Virus record (IMG/VR): IMGVR_UViG_3300042474_001006
DNA: 64,000 nucleotides
Reading direction: 5' to 3' (one strand)
Source of the DNA: an uncultured virus (IMG/VR IMGVR_UViG_3300042474_001006)
Lineage: Duplodnaviria; Heunggongvirae; Uroviricota; Caudoviricetes
The translations under genes and the position numbers were made by a program. Every line of letters starts with the position of its first letter. Positions within the stretch are counted from its first letter, which is position 1. Shown here piece by piece: positions 17,690 to 29,500 of the stretch. The notes under the pieces were generated by a model. The model made no database searches. It saw nothing but the letters and a program-made list of their open reading frames with translations, and was not told where the DNA came from.

Positions 17690-20600
17690 TATCCGTAACA
17701 ACCGCTACAAGCGATTTGCTTAAAAAGGGATATTCAGTTTCAACATCAGCTGGTGCTACAATTGAGTATAATTTAAACACAATGGTAGAATATATAACTG
17801 CAACATCTGATGCAATGGAGAACAACTATACAGTTGCTTTCCAAAAGTTGTTTCCAATAGATACAATATATAAACCATTTAGGCCTTTATCTGCAGGCAT
17901 TAAATATTTAGTTCATACAACTGGATACACAGATACTCCAGTAGATTCTTTTGAAAATCCTAGAGATATACAAATGGGAACAAATCCAAGACTTTACTAT
18001 CCTGGCCCAGACATGGTATACAAATATTGGCTTGCCCCTAAAAATAAAGACATTAATATATCATTACAATATTTTTCCGATGAGGCAAAAACTACAGCCA
18101 AGCTAATACCTACAAATAAAATTATTGCTAGGTTTGAAATCAATCATGATACACCAGATTCTTGGACCATAACTGGAGTAAAGGAAGATGATACAACTAT
18201 ATCTGTTGCTGGTCCTGGCTCTGCGATTAACATAATAACTGGTGAAGTAGCAATATATTATAATGGATCAACATGGTCAACTGACTCATCGACAATAAAT
18301 TATACTAGTTCTCAAAAATTAAAAAAGATATCTTTGTCTGCAGTAAATTCTAATACTGGAAAGTTTATTGGTGTTATTGAGCTTAGCCCTAGGTGGGTAC
18401 TTTCCCTTGATTCAGACGTTGTTTCATTTTTAGTTAATAAAGAAACTACGTCAGATGATACATCTGTTGTTCCAGTAGGAGCAATAACAGCAAACTATTT
18501 AAACTTATCTATAATAAAACCACACTCTACATCTAGATCAATTATTGAGTATGATAGGTTTTCTACTACAATAGATGACACTAAGATTTACTTGTTTAAA
18601 AATGCTATTATCAGACCTTATGTAAATATAGGCGTAGGCTCTTCAATGCAAAAGGTTTACCAAGGCCTATTTTATATAAACTCTTGGAGCCTTTCAGAAT
18701 TTGGAGAAGCTTCAATAGATGCTACAGACTCAGCAAAAATATTACAAGATACTGTATGCCCACAATTGCTAGTTGAAGACTCACCAGTAACTTCAATTAT
18801 TAAAAGAATACTAGACTCAGTTGGATTTTCTACTTATAAAATTAATTTAAAAAGAGGGCTTTTGAATAAAGTTGATGATAACTCAATACCATCACTAGCA
18901 TATTGGTGGTCAGATGGAGATAAAACAGTTTGGGATGTGCTGCAAGAATTATGCAGAGATATTCAAATGAACGCTGTAGTTGATGAGGATAACATTTTAA
19001 ACTTCTATAGTAGAGATTTTATGTATGATAAGAATAGATCTTCTGTTTGGACATTTACTAGTGAAGATATAAAATCTGGAACAAATTTATCATACGCACC
19101 AAACATACAGTCTTTATCAACAAAAGAACTTTTTTCTGCAAATCAAGTTAGAGTAAGGTATGCAACAGCATTTACATCTACAAATAATGAATCATCTTCA
19201 CCATTATGGAAATCAGATACATCGTTTCTAGGAGCTGGGGCGCTTGCAAAACCAATAACACTTTCTAGTACAGACTTCGAGCTTAATCCAAATACGGTAA
19301 TTGGCGCCAGAACAGATAGAATCATGGATCAGTTCAACGGATATGTTTTGATTAATGGAGAAATTATTGAATATGATGGAGTATATTATCAATATGTGCC
19401 AAAGGGAGAAGATGAATTTGCACCTCCAGTTCTAATTAAAACTCAGTCAGATATATGGAAATATTCATCATTAGCAAAACCAGGATATGAATTTTTTAAG
19501 CCAATAAATAGATACAATATTAAAACAAGAGGAGCATTGAAAACTTCTAAAACTACACATGACGTAGCGCCAGATTCATATATAAATCCAAAACCACCTG
19601 CCACGCAAAATCCAAACAAGTTTAACATGTGGAATATAACTTTGGCCACACCCGATACCGCTCAGTCTAAAAAAGAATCAGGAAATTATTATATTCCATC
19701 TGCACAAGAAGGAAGAAAGATTAAAAAGGGATTTTTGTCAATTCCTAATTTAGATAAAGACAAAAAAAGTTTTAGTATTGCTGTTAAAGAATTTAACTCA
19801 ATTGACACATCTAAAAACTATTTTGCATTTGGAACAAGAATGTTTTTTGAAAGCCAGCTTAACACTGTAGAGCAAGTAGGGGGAATAGGATTTTGTTTAA
19901 ACTCTACTGGAACTAATGGATACTTTTTACTAGTAAGAACAACAGCATTTGCAGGATTACAGAAAAACATAATGATTGTAAAAGTTAATCAAAATGGAAA
20001 ACTTACAGTTTTAAAAGATAGTCAGCAAATTTCTACAAAAACAATGGGAGCAGTAGATCCTGGAGTAGAGTACGGAATCGACGTGTTTGTTAAAAAAACT
20101 AGCACACTTAAAAATGAAATAACAGTTTTTATTAATGGGTTTAAGATAACAGCAACCGATAGCGGAACAGATTCCCCAAGTACTTATATACCTCCAATGG
20201 CAATTACTAAAAATGTAGGACTTCACTGTGGTCAAGGAACTGCTTATTTTGAGTATGTTTATGCAGATGACATTACTGAAGAGGTATATGAAAAGAATAA
20301 AAGCCGTTCTGCTTATGAGCATAATGGTGTTTATTCAGACGATACCCTTTCAATGCTTTATGGAGATATCATTTATAATGATGGAGATACTAGTTCGGAT
20401 AATGCTGGATCAGTCTTTGAGTTTGGAACAACAGCTAGAGAAATTAAAAAAACAAAAATTTCATATGATGACAGGCCAGCAAAGCCTATTATGTTTAGAA
20501 CATCTTTAAATAAATATGTAACTCTTTTAGACCAAAAATTGCAGCCATTTGGAGCAGAAGGATATGTTCTAAATAATAGCTCTGTAACAGTACCACTAGA

Positions 20601-20967
20601 CGATAGCAACAACACAAGCTTTTACGTACTTGGAAATTCAATTACTAGGTCTGGTTTTATAGATTACGATACAGATCAGTCAGAAGATTCTTCAAATAAA
20701 GAGCCAGTAATATTTCAATCAACCTGGATTCAATCAGAAGCAGACGCTAAAGCGCTGGCAGAATGGATAAAGGCAAGCGTATTGAACAAAGGAAGAGTTG
20801 TTGAGATGAGCGTGTTTGGCAATCCTTTAATATCTGCTGGAGATATGGTTAGCATAAGCTACCCAATATTGGGCATGACAGAATTAAACAATAAATATAT
20901 AGTCACAAAATGCACACTAGAATATAGGGAAGGATTAACTACCTCAATTTCGTGTAGAGCAATCTAA
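17686..20967 (+). CDS. Minor tail protein (hub/Tal-like)
   Basis: TVWDVLQELC...VDEDNILNF and C-terminal VFGNPLISAGDMV hub motifs; ATG 17686 overlaps the previous stop. Confidence 0.75.
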   Translation: MISVTTATSDLLKKGYSVSTSAGATIEYNLNTMVEYITATSDAMENNYTVAFQKLFPIDTIYKPFRPLSAGIKYLVHTTGYTDTPVDSFENPRDIQMGTNPRLYYPGPDMVYKYWLAPKNKDINISLQYFSDEAKTTAKLIPTNKIIARFEINHDTPDSWTITGVKEDDTTISVAGPGSAINIITGEVAIYYNGSTWSTDSSTINYTSSQKLKKISLSAVNSNTGKFIGVIELSPRWVLSLDSDVVSFLVNKETTSDDTSVVPVGAITANYLNLSIIKPHSTSRSIIEYDRFSTTIDDTKIYLFKNAIIRPYVNIGVGSSMQKVYQGLFYINSWSLSEFGEASIDATDSAKILQDTVCPQLLVEDSPVTSIIKRILDSVGFSTYKINLKRGLLNKVDDNSIPSLAYWWSDGDKTVWDVLQELCRDIQMNAVVDEDNILNFYSRDFMYDKNRSSVWTFTSEDIKSGTNLSYAPNIQSLSTKELFSANQVRVRYATAFTSTNNESSSPLWKSDTSFLGAGALAKPITLSSTDFELNPNTVIGARTDRIMDQFNGYVLINGEIIEYDGVYYQYVPKGEDEFAPPVLIKTQSDIWKYSSLAKPGYEFFKPINRYNIKTRGALKTSKTTHDVAPDSYINPKPPATQNPNKFNMWNITLATPDTAQSKKESGNYYIPSAQEGRKIKKGFLSIPNLDKDKKSFSIAVKEFNSIDTSKNYFAFGTRMFFESQLNTVEQVGGIGFCLNSTGTNGYFLLVRTTAFAGLQKNIMIVKVNQNGKLTVLKDSQQISTKTMGAVDPGVEYGIDVFVKKTSTLKNEITVFINGFKITATDSGTDSPSTYIPPMAITKNVGLHCGQGTAYFEYVYADDITEEVYEKNKSRSAYEHNGVYSDDTLSMLYGDIIYNDGDTSSDNAGSVFEFGTTAREIKKTKISYDDRPAKPIMFRTSLNKYVTLLDQKLQPFGAEGYVLNNSSVTVPLDDSNNTSFYVLGNSITRSGFIDYDTDQSEDSSNKEPVIFQSTWIQSEADAKALAEWIKASVLNKGRVVEMSVFGNPLISAGDMVSISYPILGMTELNNKYIVTKCTLEYREGLTTSISCRAI

Positions 20968-20975
20968 TAGCGTAA

Positions 20976-20984
20976 TGGTATAAT
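20976..20984 (+). promoter_or_regulatory. Extended -10 element; downstream gene probably leaderless
   Basis: TGGTATAAT 6 nt before ATG 20991, no SD. Confidence 0.6.
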
Positions 20985-20990
20985 AAATAA

Positions 20991-21314
20991 ATGGGAATTC
21001 AATCAGGAAAGATATCCGTAATATATGACGATGATCCACGCCTAGCCGATGTTTGGAAGGGTAATATTGGAGACACTAAATCTGTTGGAGAGTCAGATGG
21101 CTTTGGCGGAGGCGGGGGCGGAGATGATGGCCCAGGAGGCCCAGAAAGACCACAGCTCAGCGATATAATTTTTAAAGGGTTTCTTCCTTATAGCGACTCT
21201 TCTAATGTACAAAGAATAAAAGCAAAATTTAGAATTTACAATTCAAGCAAAGAAGAGATAGATGGGTTCGCTCTTGCACTAACTAAGCCAGACACACAGG
21301 GAGGAAGACCATGA
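20991..21314 (+). CDS. Hypothetical tail-region protein
   Basis: ORF with Gly-rich linker, in tail module. Confidence 0.55.
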   Translation: MGIQSGKISVIYDDDPRLADVWKGNIGDTKSVGESDGFGGGGGGDDGPGGPERPQLSDIIFKGFLPYSDSSNVQRIKAKFRIYNSSKEEIDGFALALTKPDTQGGRP

Positions 21315-22171
21315 TAACAAAATTTGGAAAAAGATTTTTAACTAGCTATATTGCAGGAACCTCCTCTCTGGATTCAAAAGAGATGGCTTTGGGTATTGCA
21401 ACAAATTCTGAGTATCCAATATCTGATACAAACTCAAGATTAGGGTTTGAATTCTATAGGGTTCCAATTAGGCAAGGCGGAATTAATATTGATACAACAA
21501 CATCTCCAACAACTTATACCGTAATTTTTTCTGCTACTCTTCCTACAAACATATCTGGAAAAATTAATGAGATTGGTATATATTCTGGACAATCATATGC
21601 TAGACATCTTTATAGTAGCAAGTTTATTTCAAATTTCGAATTGCCTTATGAATGGACTCCAGAGCCAGCGCTAGATCAAGTTAACAGCAGAGTTTTAGAT
21701 AGCTCTTTAACTTTTACTTCAAACTCTACATCCCCACAAGAGTATACTTATCCACTGTCAAATTTAGATATTTCTGGGTATAACCCACTTGATACAATGT
21801 GCCTTTGCTATAAAGCAAATGATGCAAACCTGTCTTCTATAAAGGTTAGACTTTACAGCTCTGATTCAGACTATATACAGTTTACTTTTTCTGGTCATTC
21901 GGTAGGGAATAACATTAAGTCTGTATTTATGTCTAGCGGAGTAACAACAGGAACATTTAATCCAGAGAGCGTTAGTAAGGTTGGAGTAATAATTACACCA
22001 ACATCAGCTCAAACATCTGTATCTATGGATGGCCTTAGAATAAATGACGAGGACACCTTTGACCCAGAATACGGATTAATTGCCAGATCGATACTTGACT
22101 CAACAATGATCAAGGTCCTTGGAAGAGAATCTAAGATAGAGTTTAAACTAGATCTGTCGTTTGGAGTCTAG
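21311..22171 (+). CDS. Minor tail/baseplate protein
   Basis: MITKFGKRFL, LGFEFYRVPI and INEIGIY motifs typical of tail-fibre collar/baseplate proteins. Confidence 0.6.
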   Translation: MITKFGKRFLTSYIAGTSSLDSKEMALGIATNSEYPISDTNSRLGFEFYRVPIRQGGINIDTTTSPTTYTVIFSATLPTNISGKINEIGIYSGQSYARHLYSSKFISNFELPYEWTPEPALDQVNSRVLDSSLTFTSNSTSPQEYTYPLSNLDISGYNPLDTMCLCYKANDANLSSIKVRLYSSDSDYIQFTFSGHSVGNNIKSVFMSSGVTTGTFNPESVSKVGVIITPTSAQTSVSMDGLRINDEDTFDPEYGLIARSILDSTMIKVLGRESKIEFKLDLSFGV

Positions 22172-22172
22172 T

Positions 22173-25100
22173 GTGACTGAACAGTATAAAGATTTAGGAA
22201 GAATTACCCAGAGTAAAGACGGAGACTACTGGGAGGTAGAGATATCCGATTTAGATTTTGCTACTCAATACTCTCTAGAAGCAGCCTGGGTATTTTCAGA
22301 TAAGACCAAAGGCACGAGCCCTTTTTCAGATCCATATAATTTTACAACACCTGAACAAGAAGGCCTTCTGGCCCCACAGTTTAGAGAACAAGACTTAGAT
22401 GCAATAAGCTCAATACTATACATCAACTGGAGCGGATTAAACTCCAGCCTTGTTCCGTATGATTCTTCAATATTTAAACAAGTTAATGTCTGGATTAAAG
22501 GCGGAGATTTTGGAGAACAGTATGTACGCTATGCATCATTTTTTACAAAGGCGGGAACGATACAGATCAATGCAACAAAAGTATCTACATACTGCGTAAA
22601 ACTTCAGGCAGAAACTAAAGATGGAAAATTTTCACCATTTTCAAATGAATTTTGTGTGACTCTATTAGAGCAGCCAGATCCAGTTTATGAAGTTAGACAT
22701 GAATGGGTTAAAAGAGATCTAGTGTTATTTTGGAAATTCCCTGTAAATTTACCTAAAAACAGCATGGCTGACTCGTTTGCAGTTCAACTAATTGCGGATG
22801 GCAAAGACATTACTTTGTATACAAATGTTGATAAAACTAAAATTCCACCATTAGAGCATAAGATTGTATTTACCGAAGGACGACTGGCAGCTATATTTGG
22901 TCAGGTAACTGCATTTCAAACAGACTATGACGCATTTATTTTTGTAAGAGATAAAAATCTGCAAACAAGCACAGTAGTTGGATACAATGTGACTGCATAT
23001 GTAGATCCACTAACACCACCAGTTATTTCAGCAATAAAAGGTCCTATGTCCTATATTGTTTCATTTACAAATAACTCCGAGTTTGATAAGATATACATAG
23101 AAGATAGCACAGATGGCGGAGATACTTGGGTAGATCAGGGCTCGTATACTTCAAATCCAGCTTATGTTCCAACTACAAACTCTCTTGCACGTCAAGTAAG
23201 AGCAAGATTTTCTAGAGTGCGTGGAGGGCTTACTGGGTATAGCAATATAGTTTCTGTCACTCCAGATAAAATTGATCCAACAGATGAAACTCCGCCAGCA
23301 GTACCCACAGTCAACTTCGTATCTTCAACATCATCAACTATAACTGTTAATATTGTTAACTCAGATACAAGTACTAAATCTCATAGATTAAGATTTAGAG
23401 AGAGTGGCGCTACCCTTTACCAAACAGACATTGTTCCGTATACAGCAGCAACTACCCCATATACTTTTGGCGGGCTAAAGCCAAATACAACCTACAATAT
23501 ATCAGCAGCATCATATGATAGCCTAAATAATTTGAGCGCATTTTCTTCAGATATAAATAGCGTAACACAATCATTATCGGCAAATCCTCCAAGTTCAGTT
23601 TCTTTAACTGCTGCAGCATCTGGAGTTCTAGGCTCATGGACAGCGCCATCAGTTCAGCCAGCAAGAGTTGACAGGTATAAGATAGAGCTGTGGCAAGATT
23701 TATCAACTGATGTTTTAATTACTACACAATTTGCCTTTAGCACAAATATATCATTTGGCGGTCTATCTGCAGGATCATATTACATTAAAGTTCAAACTCA
23801 AGATATGTATGGAACACTTAGTGATCCTGTTCAAAGCAGTAGCGTATCGGTATCTGGAGTTGAACCTACCGATGGTCAGGTACCTTCCAGCTCCCCTGCA
23901 GCCACAGTAAATCCTTTATACGGAGCACTTGAAGTTAAGTGGACAGCAATAACAAATTCAGATCCTGTAACATATGAAATTCATTTATCCACAACAAATA
24001 ATTTTACTCCTTCAGTATCAACATTAGCTTTACAGGTTACTGGAACGTTTGCAATAATAAAAACTCTTCCAGGAACATCAACTTCCTTAACATATGGAAC
24101 AACTTACTATGTAAAAGTATTAGCTAAAGATGCAGATGGTCCTGCAACATCTTATGGAACCCAGGGCTCAGGAATACCATCTGCAATTGATAATGGAGAT
24201 ATTGCTGCAAATGCAATTCGTGCAAACGTAATACGAGCTGGAGAAATAACAGCAGACCAAGTAAACTCCTCAGCTTTACTTGCAAATAAAGTTATTACTG
24301 TAGGTGCCAGGTCTGCAGTGGTTACAGGAGCCTCTGTATCTGCAGGAAATATAACATATACAACTTCTGATACTCATGGATTTGGAAACGGGACACTGGT
24401 ATCAGTAACTGGTATGTCCAACACAGCATTTAATATTACAAGTTTTGCGATACAATCCACAACAACCAATACATTTGTTGTTGTGGTTGGTGGATCTGGA
24501 GCTAGTGGGTCTTTATCAAATCAAACAGGAGTTGCAACTTCTACTGTAAATACTGCTATAAAAATAGATGCTTCTGGAACAGGTCTTTCTGCTAGCCCAT
24601 TTAAGTTATATAGCGGAGTTGGTACGTATGCAGATGCTGGAACAAGTCCAGGAACTCCTTTTTATTTAGATACTACTGGAAAATTTTCTTTAAGAGATAG
24701 ACTGTATTTTGACGGTGCGGGCTTAACGGTTAATGGAGTGATAAAAGCATCATCTGGTAATTTTGATGGGGCTATGACCGTAAACAATGGAACAATGAAG
24801 ATAGGAACTTCAGCTGGCGGAGCAACGGGAACCGATGGCTTATATATAAATGCAAACAACTATTGGTACAGCTCTGGAAATATTAAAATAGGAAGTGCTT
24901 CTAATCATTTAATTTGGGAGGGTGCAACTCTAAAAGTAACAGGAGAAATAAATGCTGCTTCAGGAAGCATAACTGGCAACTTAACAATGACTGGCGGCGG
25001 ATCAGTAATTGCCAGAACTGTAGCTAACTCTAATAACAGAGTGAATCTAAATTATCTAGGACTTTATGCTTACGATGCAAGTGGGGCAGAAACAACACAA

Positions 25101-26585
25101 ATAATTTCAAATGCTGAAGCTAACGCTCCTACTTTTAGAACAGATAGAGCTAGAATAGGAAATTGGACTGTAGCGCCAAATACAATATCTTCAAGTAATA
25201 TAACTCTAACATCTGGATCAAATGCTTCTTCTACATCTATTATTGCTACAAATGGTGGCTCTTATGTTGGAATAAGGCCAAGGGCTACTGATGGCTCAGA
25301 TATTGTTTTGTGGGCTGGTACAACCAATACTCCAGCAATAAATAGTTCTACAGTAGGCGGACAAGCTGGTTTCCAGGTAAATGCAGATGGTCAACTTTAT
25401 GCTACGGGAGCAATAATATCTGGAAAGATTACAGTACAAGAGGGTTCATCACTTGGCGGACTATTAAATGATACATCTAAAATTTATTATTCATCAAGTA
25501 CTCCCCCAGTTCCTGCTACAGGACATAAGAGTGGAGATGCTTGGGTTGATACTGGAAACAACTATATTCTAAAGATATGGAATACTACACTTAATCCACC
25601 AGCATGGACGATAGCACAAGATTCAGAATCAGCAAGAACAATAGCTAATTTAAAGAATAGAACATTTTATGCTACACAATTAACAACCCCAACTAGACCT
25701 AATCTATCAGGACAATCATTTGTCTCTGGAGATTTGTGGATAAACTCTTCTAATAAAAATAAGCCTTATAGGTATGACGGCTCATCCTGGGTAATAGTCG
25801 CAGACGCAGATGCTACAGACGCAATAGAGAAAGCTAATTCAGCATTAGCAAAAGTTACAAACTATGAAGATAGATTTGGTACTGGTGTAAATGCTGGTCT
25901 GCTTGAAGATTTAAAAGTAAATACTCAAGGAAGAGGAATATATTCTTCATTTGTAGAATCAGGCAATACTTATGCTAAAAGTTCATATGATAGTACAGTA
26001 ACTGGATTTTATATTGGATGGGACTCTGGAGCTGGAGTATTGTACCCATCATTAAATATAGGAAACAATAATGCTTTTGTTAAATGGACCAGTAGAGGAA
26101 CAGGAACTTTAGAAGTAAAAGGAACAATAAGAGCAACAGCGGGAGCGTTTGAAGGAAATGTAACAGCTGGTGCAGGAGCAATAACAATTGGAGCTGGTGG
26201 AATTTCTACTGCAAGTGGTAAATTTAGTATTGATACAGCAGGCAATGCATATTTTGGTGGGTCGCTTACATCTGGAACTACATTCAGTCTTGGAAATGGA
26301 ACATTGTCATATGGTGGTGGAACTAGTGATGTTGTATTAAATGGAGCAACATTAAGTTTTACAGGAGCATCTAATATAATATTTGGAGATGATAATAACT
26401 ATGGTGGAGATGCGACAGTTGTACTTAATCAAAATGCACAATTAACAAAAGGAAGAGCCTTTCATTATGGAGGAACGACTATACCTACCGTAGCTAACCA
26501 GTCAAGACAAATTTATAATAGCAAATTGTCACGGTACGATACTGTACCCTTTGTTGCGGGAGATATATGGATGACGGTAGACTAA
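22173..26585 (+). CDS. Tail fibre/central fibre with fibronectin type III repeats
   Basis: FN3 patterns (DETPPAVP...GLKPNTTYNI; LTYGTTYYVKV), G-rich beta repeats, GDAWVD/GDLWIN/GDIWM motifs. Confidence 0.8.
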   Translation: MTEQYKDLGRITQSKDGDYWEVEISDLDFATQYSLEAAWVFSDKTKGTSPFSDPYNFTTPEQEGLLAPQFREQDLDAISSILYINWSGLNSSLVPYDSSIFKQVNVWIKGGDFGEQYVRYASFFTKAGTIQINATKVSTYCVKLQAETKDGKFSPFSNEFCVTLLEQPDPVYEVRHEWVKRDLVLFWKFPVNLPKNSMADSFAVQLIADGKDITLYTNVDKTKIPPLEHKIVFTEGRLAAIFGQVTAFQTDYDAFIFVRDKNLQTSTVVGYNVTAYVDPLTPPVISAIKGPMSYIVSFTNNSEFDKIYIEDSTDGGDTWVDQGSYTSNPAYVPTTNSLARQVRARFSRVRGGLTGYSNIVSVTPDKIDPTDETPPAVPTVNFVSSTSSTITVNIVNSDTSTKSHRLRFRESGATLYQTDIVPYTAATTPYTFGGLKPNTTYNISAASYDSLNNLSAFSSDINSVTQSLSANPPSSVSLTAAASGVLGSWTAPSVQPARVDRYKIELWQDLSTDVLITTQFAFSTNISFGGLSAGSYYIKVQTQDMYGTLSDPVQSSSVSVSGVEPTDGQVPSSSPAATVNPLYGALEVKWTAITNSDPVTYEIHLSTTNNFTPSVSTLALQVTGTFAIIKTLPGTSTSLTYGTTYYVKVLAKDADGPATSYGTQGSGIPSAIDNGDIAANAIRANVIRAGEITADQVNSSALLANKVITVGARSAVVTGASVSAGNITYTTSDTHGFGNGTLVSVTGMSNTAFNITSFAIQSTTTNTFVVVVGGSGASGSLSNQTGVATSTVNTAIKIDASGTGLSASPFKLYSGVGTYADAGTSPGTPFYLDTTGKFSLRDRLYFDGAGLTVNGVIKASSGNFDGAMTVNNGTMKIGTSAGGATGTDGLYINANNYWYSSGNIKIGSASNHLIWEGATLKVTGEINAASGSITGNLTMTGGGSVIARTVANSNNRVNLNYLGLYAYDASGAETTQIISNAEANAPTFRTDRARIGNWTVAPNTISSSNITLTSGSNASSTSIIATNGGSYVGIRPRATDGSDIVLWAGTTNTPAINSSTVGGQAGFQVNADGQLYATGAIISGKITVQEGSSLGGLLNDTSKIYYSSSTPPVPATGHKSGDAWVDTGNNYILKIWNTTLNPPAWTIAQDSESARTIANLKNRTFYATQLTTPTRPNLSGQSFVSGDLWINSSNKNKPYRYDGSSWVIVADADATDAIEKANSALAKVTNYEDRFGTGVNAGLLEDLKVNTQGRGIYSSFVESGNTYAKSSYDSTVTGFYIGWDSGAGVLYPSLNIGNNNAFVKWTSRGTGTLEVKGTIRATAGAFEGNVTAGAGAITIGAGGISTASGKFSIDTAGNAYFGGSLTSGTTFSLGNGTLSYGGGTSDVVLNGATLSFTGASNIIFGDDNNYGGDATVVLNQNAQLTKGRAFHYGGTTIPTVANQSRQIYNSKLSRYDTVPFVAGDIWMTVD

Positions 26586-26586
26586 T

Positions 26587-29500
26587 ATGGGAATATATAG
26601 AAAAACAACTCCATCATCTTATCCAAATACACCAGCATCAAATTTTACAGATTCTTCAAAACATTGGCGCAAGCATAAAAATATGTATAGAAGGACTAGC
26701 GATAACGAAACAGCTAGTTTAACTACAGTTCCAGGAAGATATACGGATGACACGAGATCCTGGAGAAGAATTAGAGCCTTATACAGATTTACTTCTTCTG
26801 GAACATGGCAAAAGATCTTTGGTAAATTTGCTGGACAGCCATATCCTGAGACCTCCGCTTCAATAAGGTATGATAGTTATACTGGTACAGTAGTGGGCGA
26901 CTTTGCAGAGATGGGACCTGGATCTACATCTATTGCTCAAGGAAGTACTGCTACAACATTTTTGTGGGGAAGAGATGGTCAAGATTGGCAGAATATTGAG
27001 ACCCTTGCTTCAAGAAGCAGAACTTTTGTGCAGGCTAGCACTCCTGTTGCGGAAACGGCACAACCTATTACAAATGACGAAGGAAACTTTGATGGAGACA
27101 AGCTAAGAAATAGTGAATCTGTAATTTTACAATATGACGGAAAGTATGTTTGGTACAGAGACAGAATTACATTATCAAATGGATCAACTGGAACTTCATA
27201 TAGCCAGCCAGTTAGAATTATTAAGCAGCAACCAGTTATTAACAATTTAGCATTTAAAACAAATAATGATGTTTCAGCAGGCGAAAGAAAAGATGTATCC
27301 TTTTCTATTGCAAATCAATGGTACAGATCTATTGACAAAACTAATTCTATGTTTAGATGGTATATATTAGATAGTCAATATGAAACTCCTACACAATCTA
27401 AATTGTGGAACTCAACATCTGTATCTTCTGTTATATTAACTGAAAATACTACTGTTCTTACAGGAGAAGATTTTTTTACAATACCAACAACATTTGGTGG
27501 AGTATCTACAACTGGCAAATGGCTTCATGTTGAATTAAGATTAAAAAACTCATCTTCAGATACTGATCTTGATTATGCATTAGCTCCATACAATGATGTC
27601 ACAGACTATGTAGTTGCACAAATTGGTGCAAGTATGCCTTCATTTACATATTCTTTAACTAATATAAGTTCTGTAACTACTCCATCTGCACCTGTCCAGC
27701 AGCGAGTATCTGCAACATCAAACACTGTGCTTATTGAAATGAGTTCATCGTTTCCTTCTGATACAGAATCTTATGAGCTTTGGAGTTATGGAGCTGGATC
27801 ATCAGCTGGAGGAACTTTAGCAGATCCATCTGTTCAAACGGTATCAACTTTAAATCAGTATAACTCTTCAGGAAACTTTGTTCCAACTGGAGGTTCATTT
27901 GATACGGTTACAAACATATCTTCTACAGCATCAAATTCTCCAATAAGCACATTTACTAAAGCAATTGGAACATCTAGAGCACTTCGTTTTAACGTTAGCT
28001 CAACATCTGGAGCTCAGAGCTGGAAAATAAATTATACAATATCTGGAGCGTCTAGCGGTAATGGTACATTTGCACTAAACACAAATTCTATGCCAGCATC
28101 AATTACAATATCTGGTGCTGCTAACCCTACCGTAACAATAACTGGTGTAACAGCATATTCTGATTTAAATCAGATGGGTGCCACTAAAGCAGGAACCGCA
28201 GGATCTCAAGTCTCTCTATCAACTATAACAAAGCCTGTTGCATTTTCTACCACATCTACATCTAACTACACTTTTTATACAAACGTTCAAGTTACTGGAT
28301 CTCAAAGAAGAATAACTCTGCCTTCAGCATTTACTTCAGGAACTAATATATATGTTTCAACAAATGGTTACATAAACTGGGGAGGAATAGAAGAACAATC
28401 CGACCCCTTTGGCAGCGTAACAATCCCGTCATTTAATAAATCTGGAATAACAATAGCACCATTAAATGGAGATTTAAGGCAAGGTGCAGTTTCAGCTACT
28501 TCAAATACATCAACTGGTGGACTGTGGGTTTTTGCAGACGCTACTAATTATTGGGTAACATGGTGGGGTAACTATTATACTGATGCAACACAGGTTGCAA
28601 GATATCAAGTTAAATTTTATTGGAACCAAAGTTATGCAGACGTGTACATTGTAAATAACAGCCTGACAACAATTACTCCAAGCATAGTAGCGGTACAAAA
28701 TGGAGCAACTGTGTCACAAAGCTGGTCTTCTACAACAGCACAGACATCAACTCTTTTACCAACTGCTTCAATGAATAGGATTTCAACTCAAGATGGGGTT
28801 GATGACAATAGAACATTAATTGCAGCAATAGCTAGCCAGCCACCTACTGGAGGCACTACAACAGTTTCTCCTTCTAGCGGGGCGGTTGGTACAGCATTTA
28901 GTGCCGAAACATCTGGATGGTCTGGAGCACAACCAATAACTTTTGGATATCAATGGCAAGCCCTTAATAGATTTGGATTCTATTGGGAAACTCTTTCTAC
29001 CGCATCAACTTTTACTCCGACTGAAGCGCAAAGATCAAACGCTCTTTCCTTTCGTCTTGTATTAACAGCATCAAATGGAATCAGTCCAAACGGCACTACT
29101 CTTACTTCATTTTCTGTAACTCAAGCAGCTGTAATTCCAACAATATCAATGTTAGCAAACAGTGGAATTTCTCAAACTGCAGGAACAATTAACTGGAGTT
29201 CAACAAATCAAAACACATGGAGCTCAACTGGAACTTTTTCTGGATCTGGATCATCAGAAAAAACATTATCTAAAACTGCACTAGTTGCTGGAACAACCTA
29301 CACAGGAACAGTAACGGTAACATCGGTAACTGGCAATACCGCATCTGCAAACTACAGTCTTACTACAACTGCTGCTGCATCTGTTCCAGTTAACATATCA
29401 GTCCCAACATTATCTGGAGGACTTGCCGTCGGAACCACATTCACATTTGGAGTAGGTCAATGGCTTGGATCTCCTACAAGCTATGACTTGCGCTTATATC

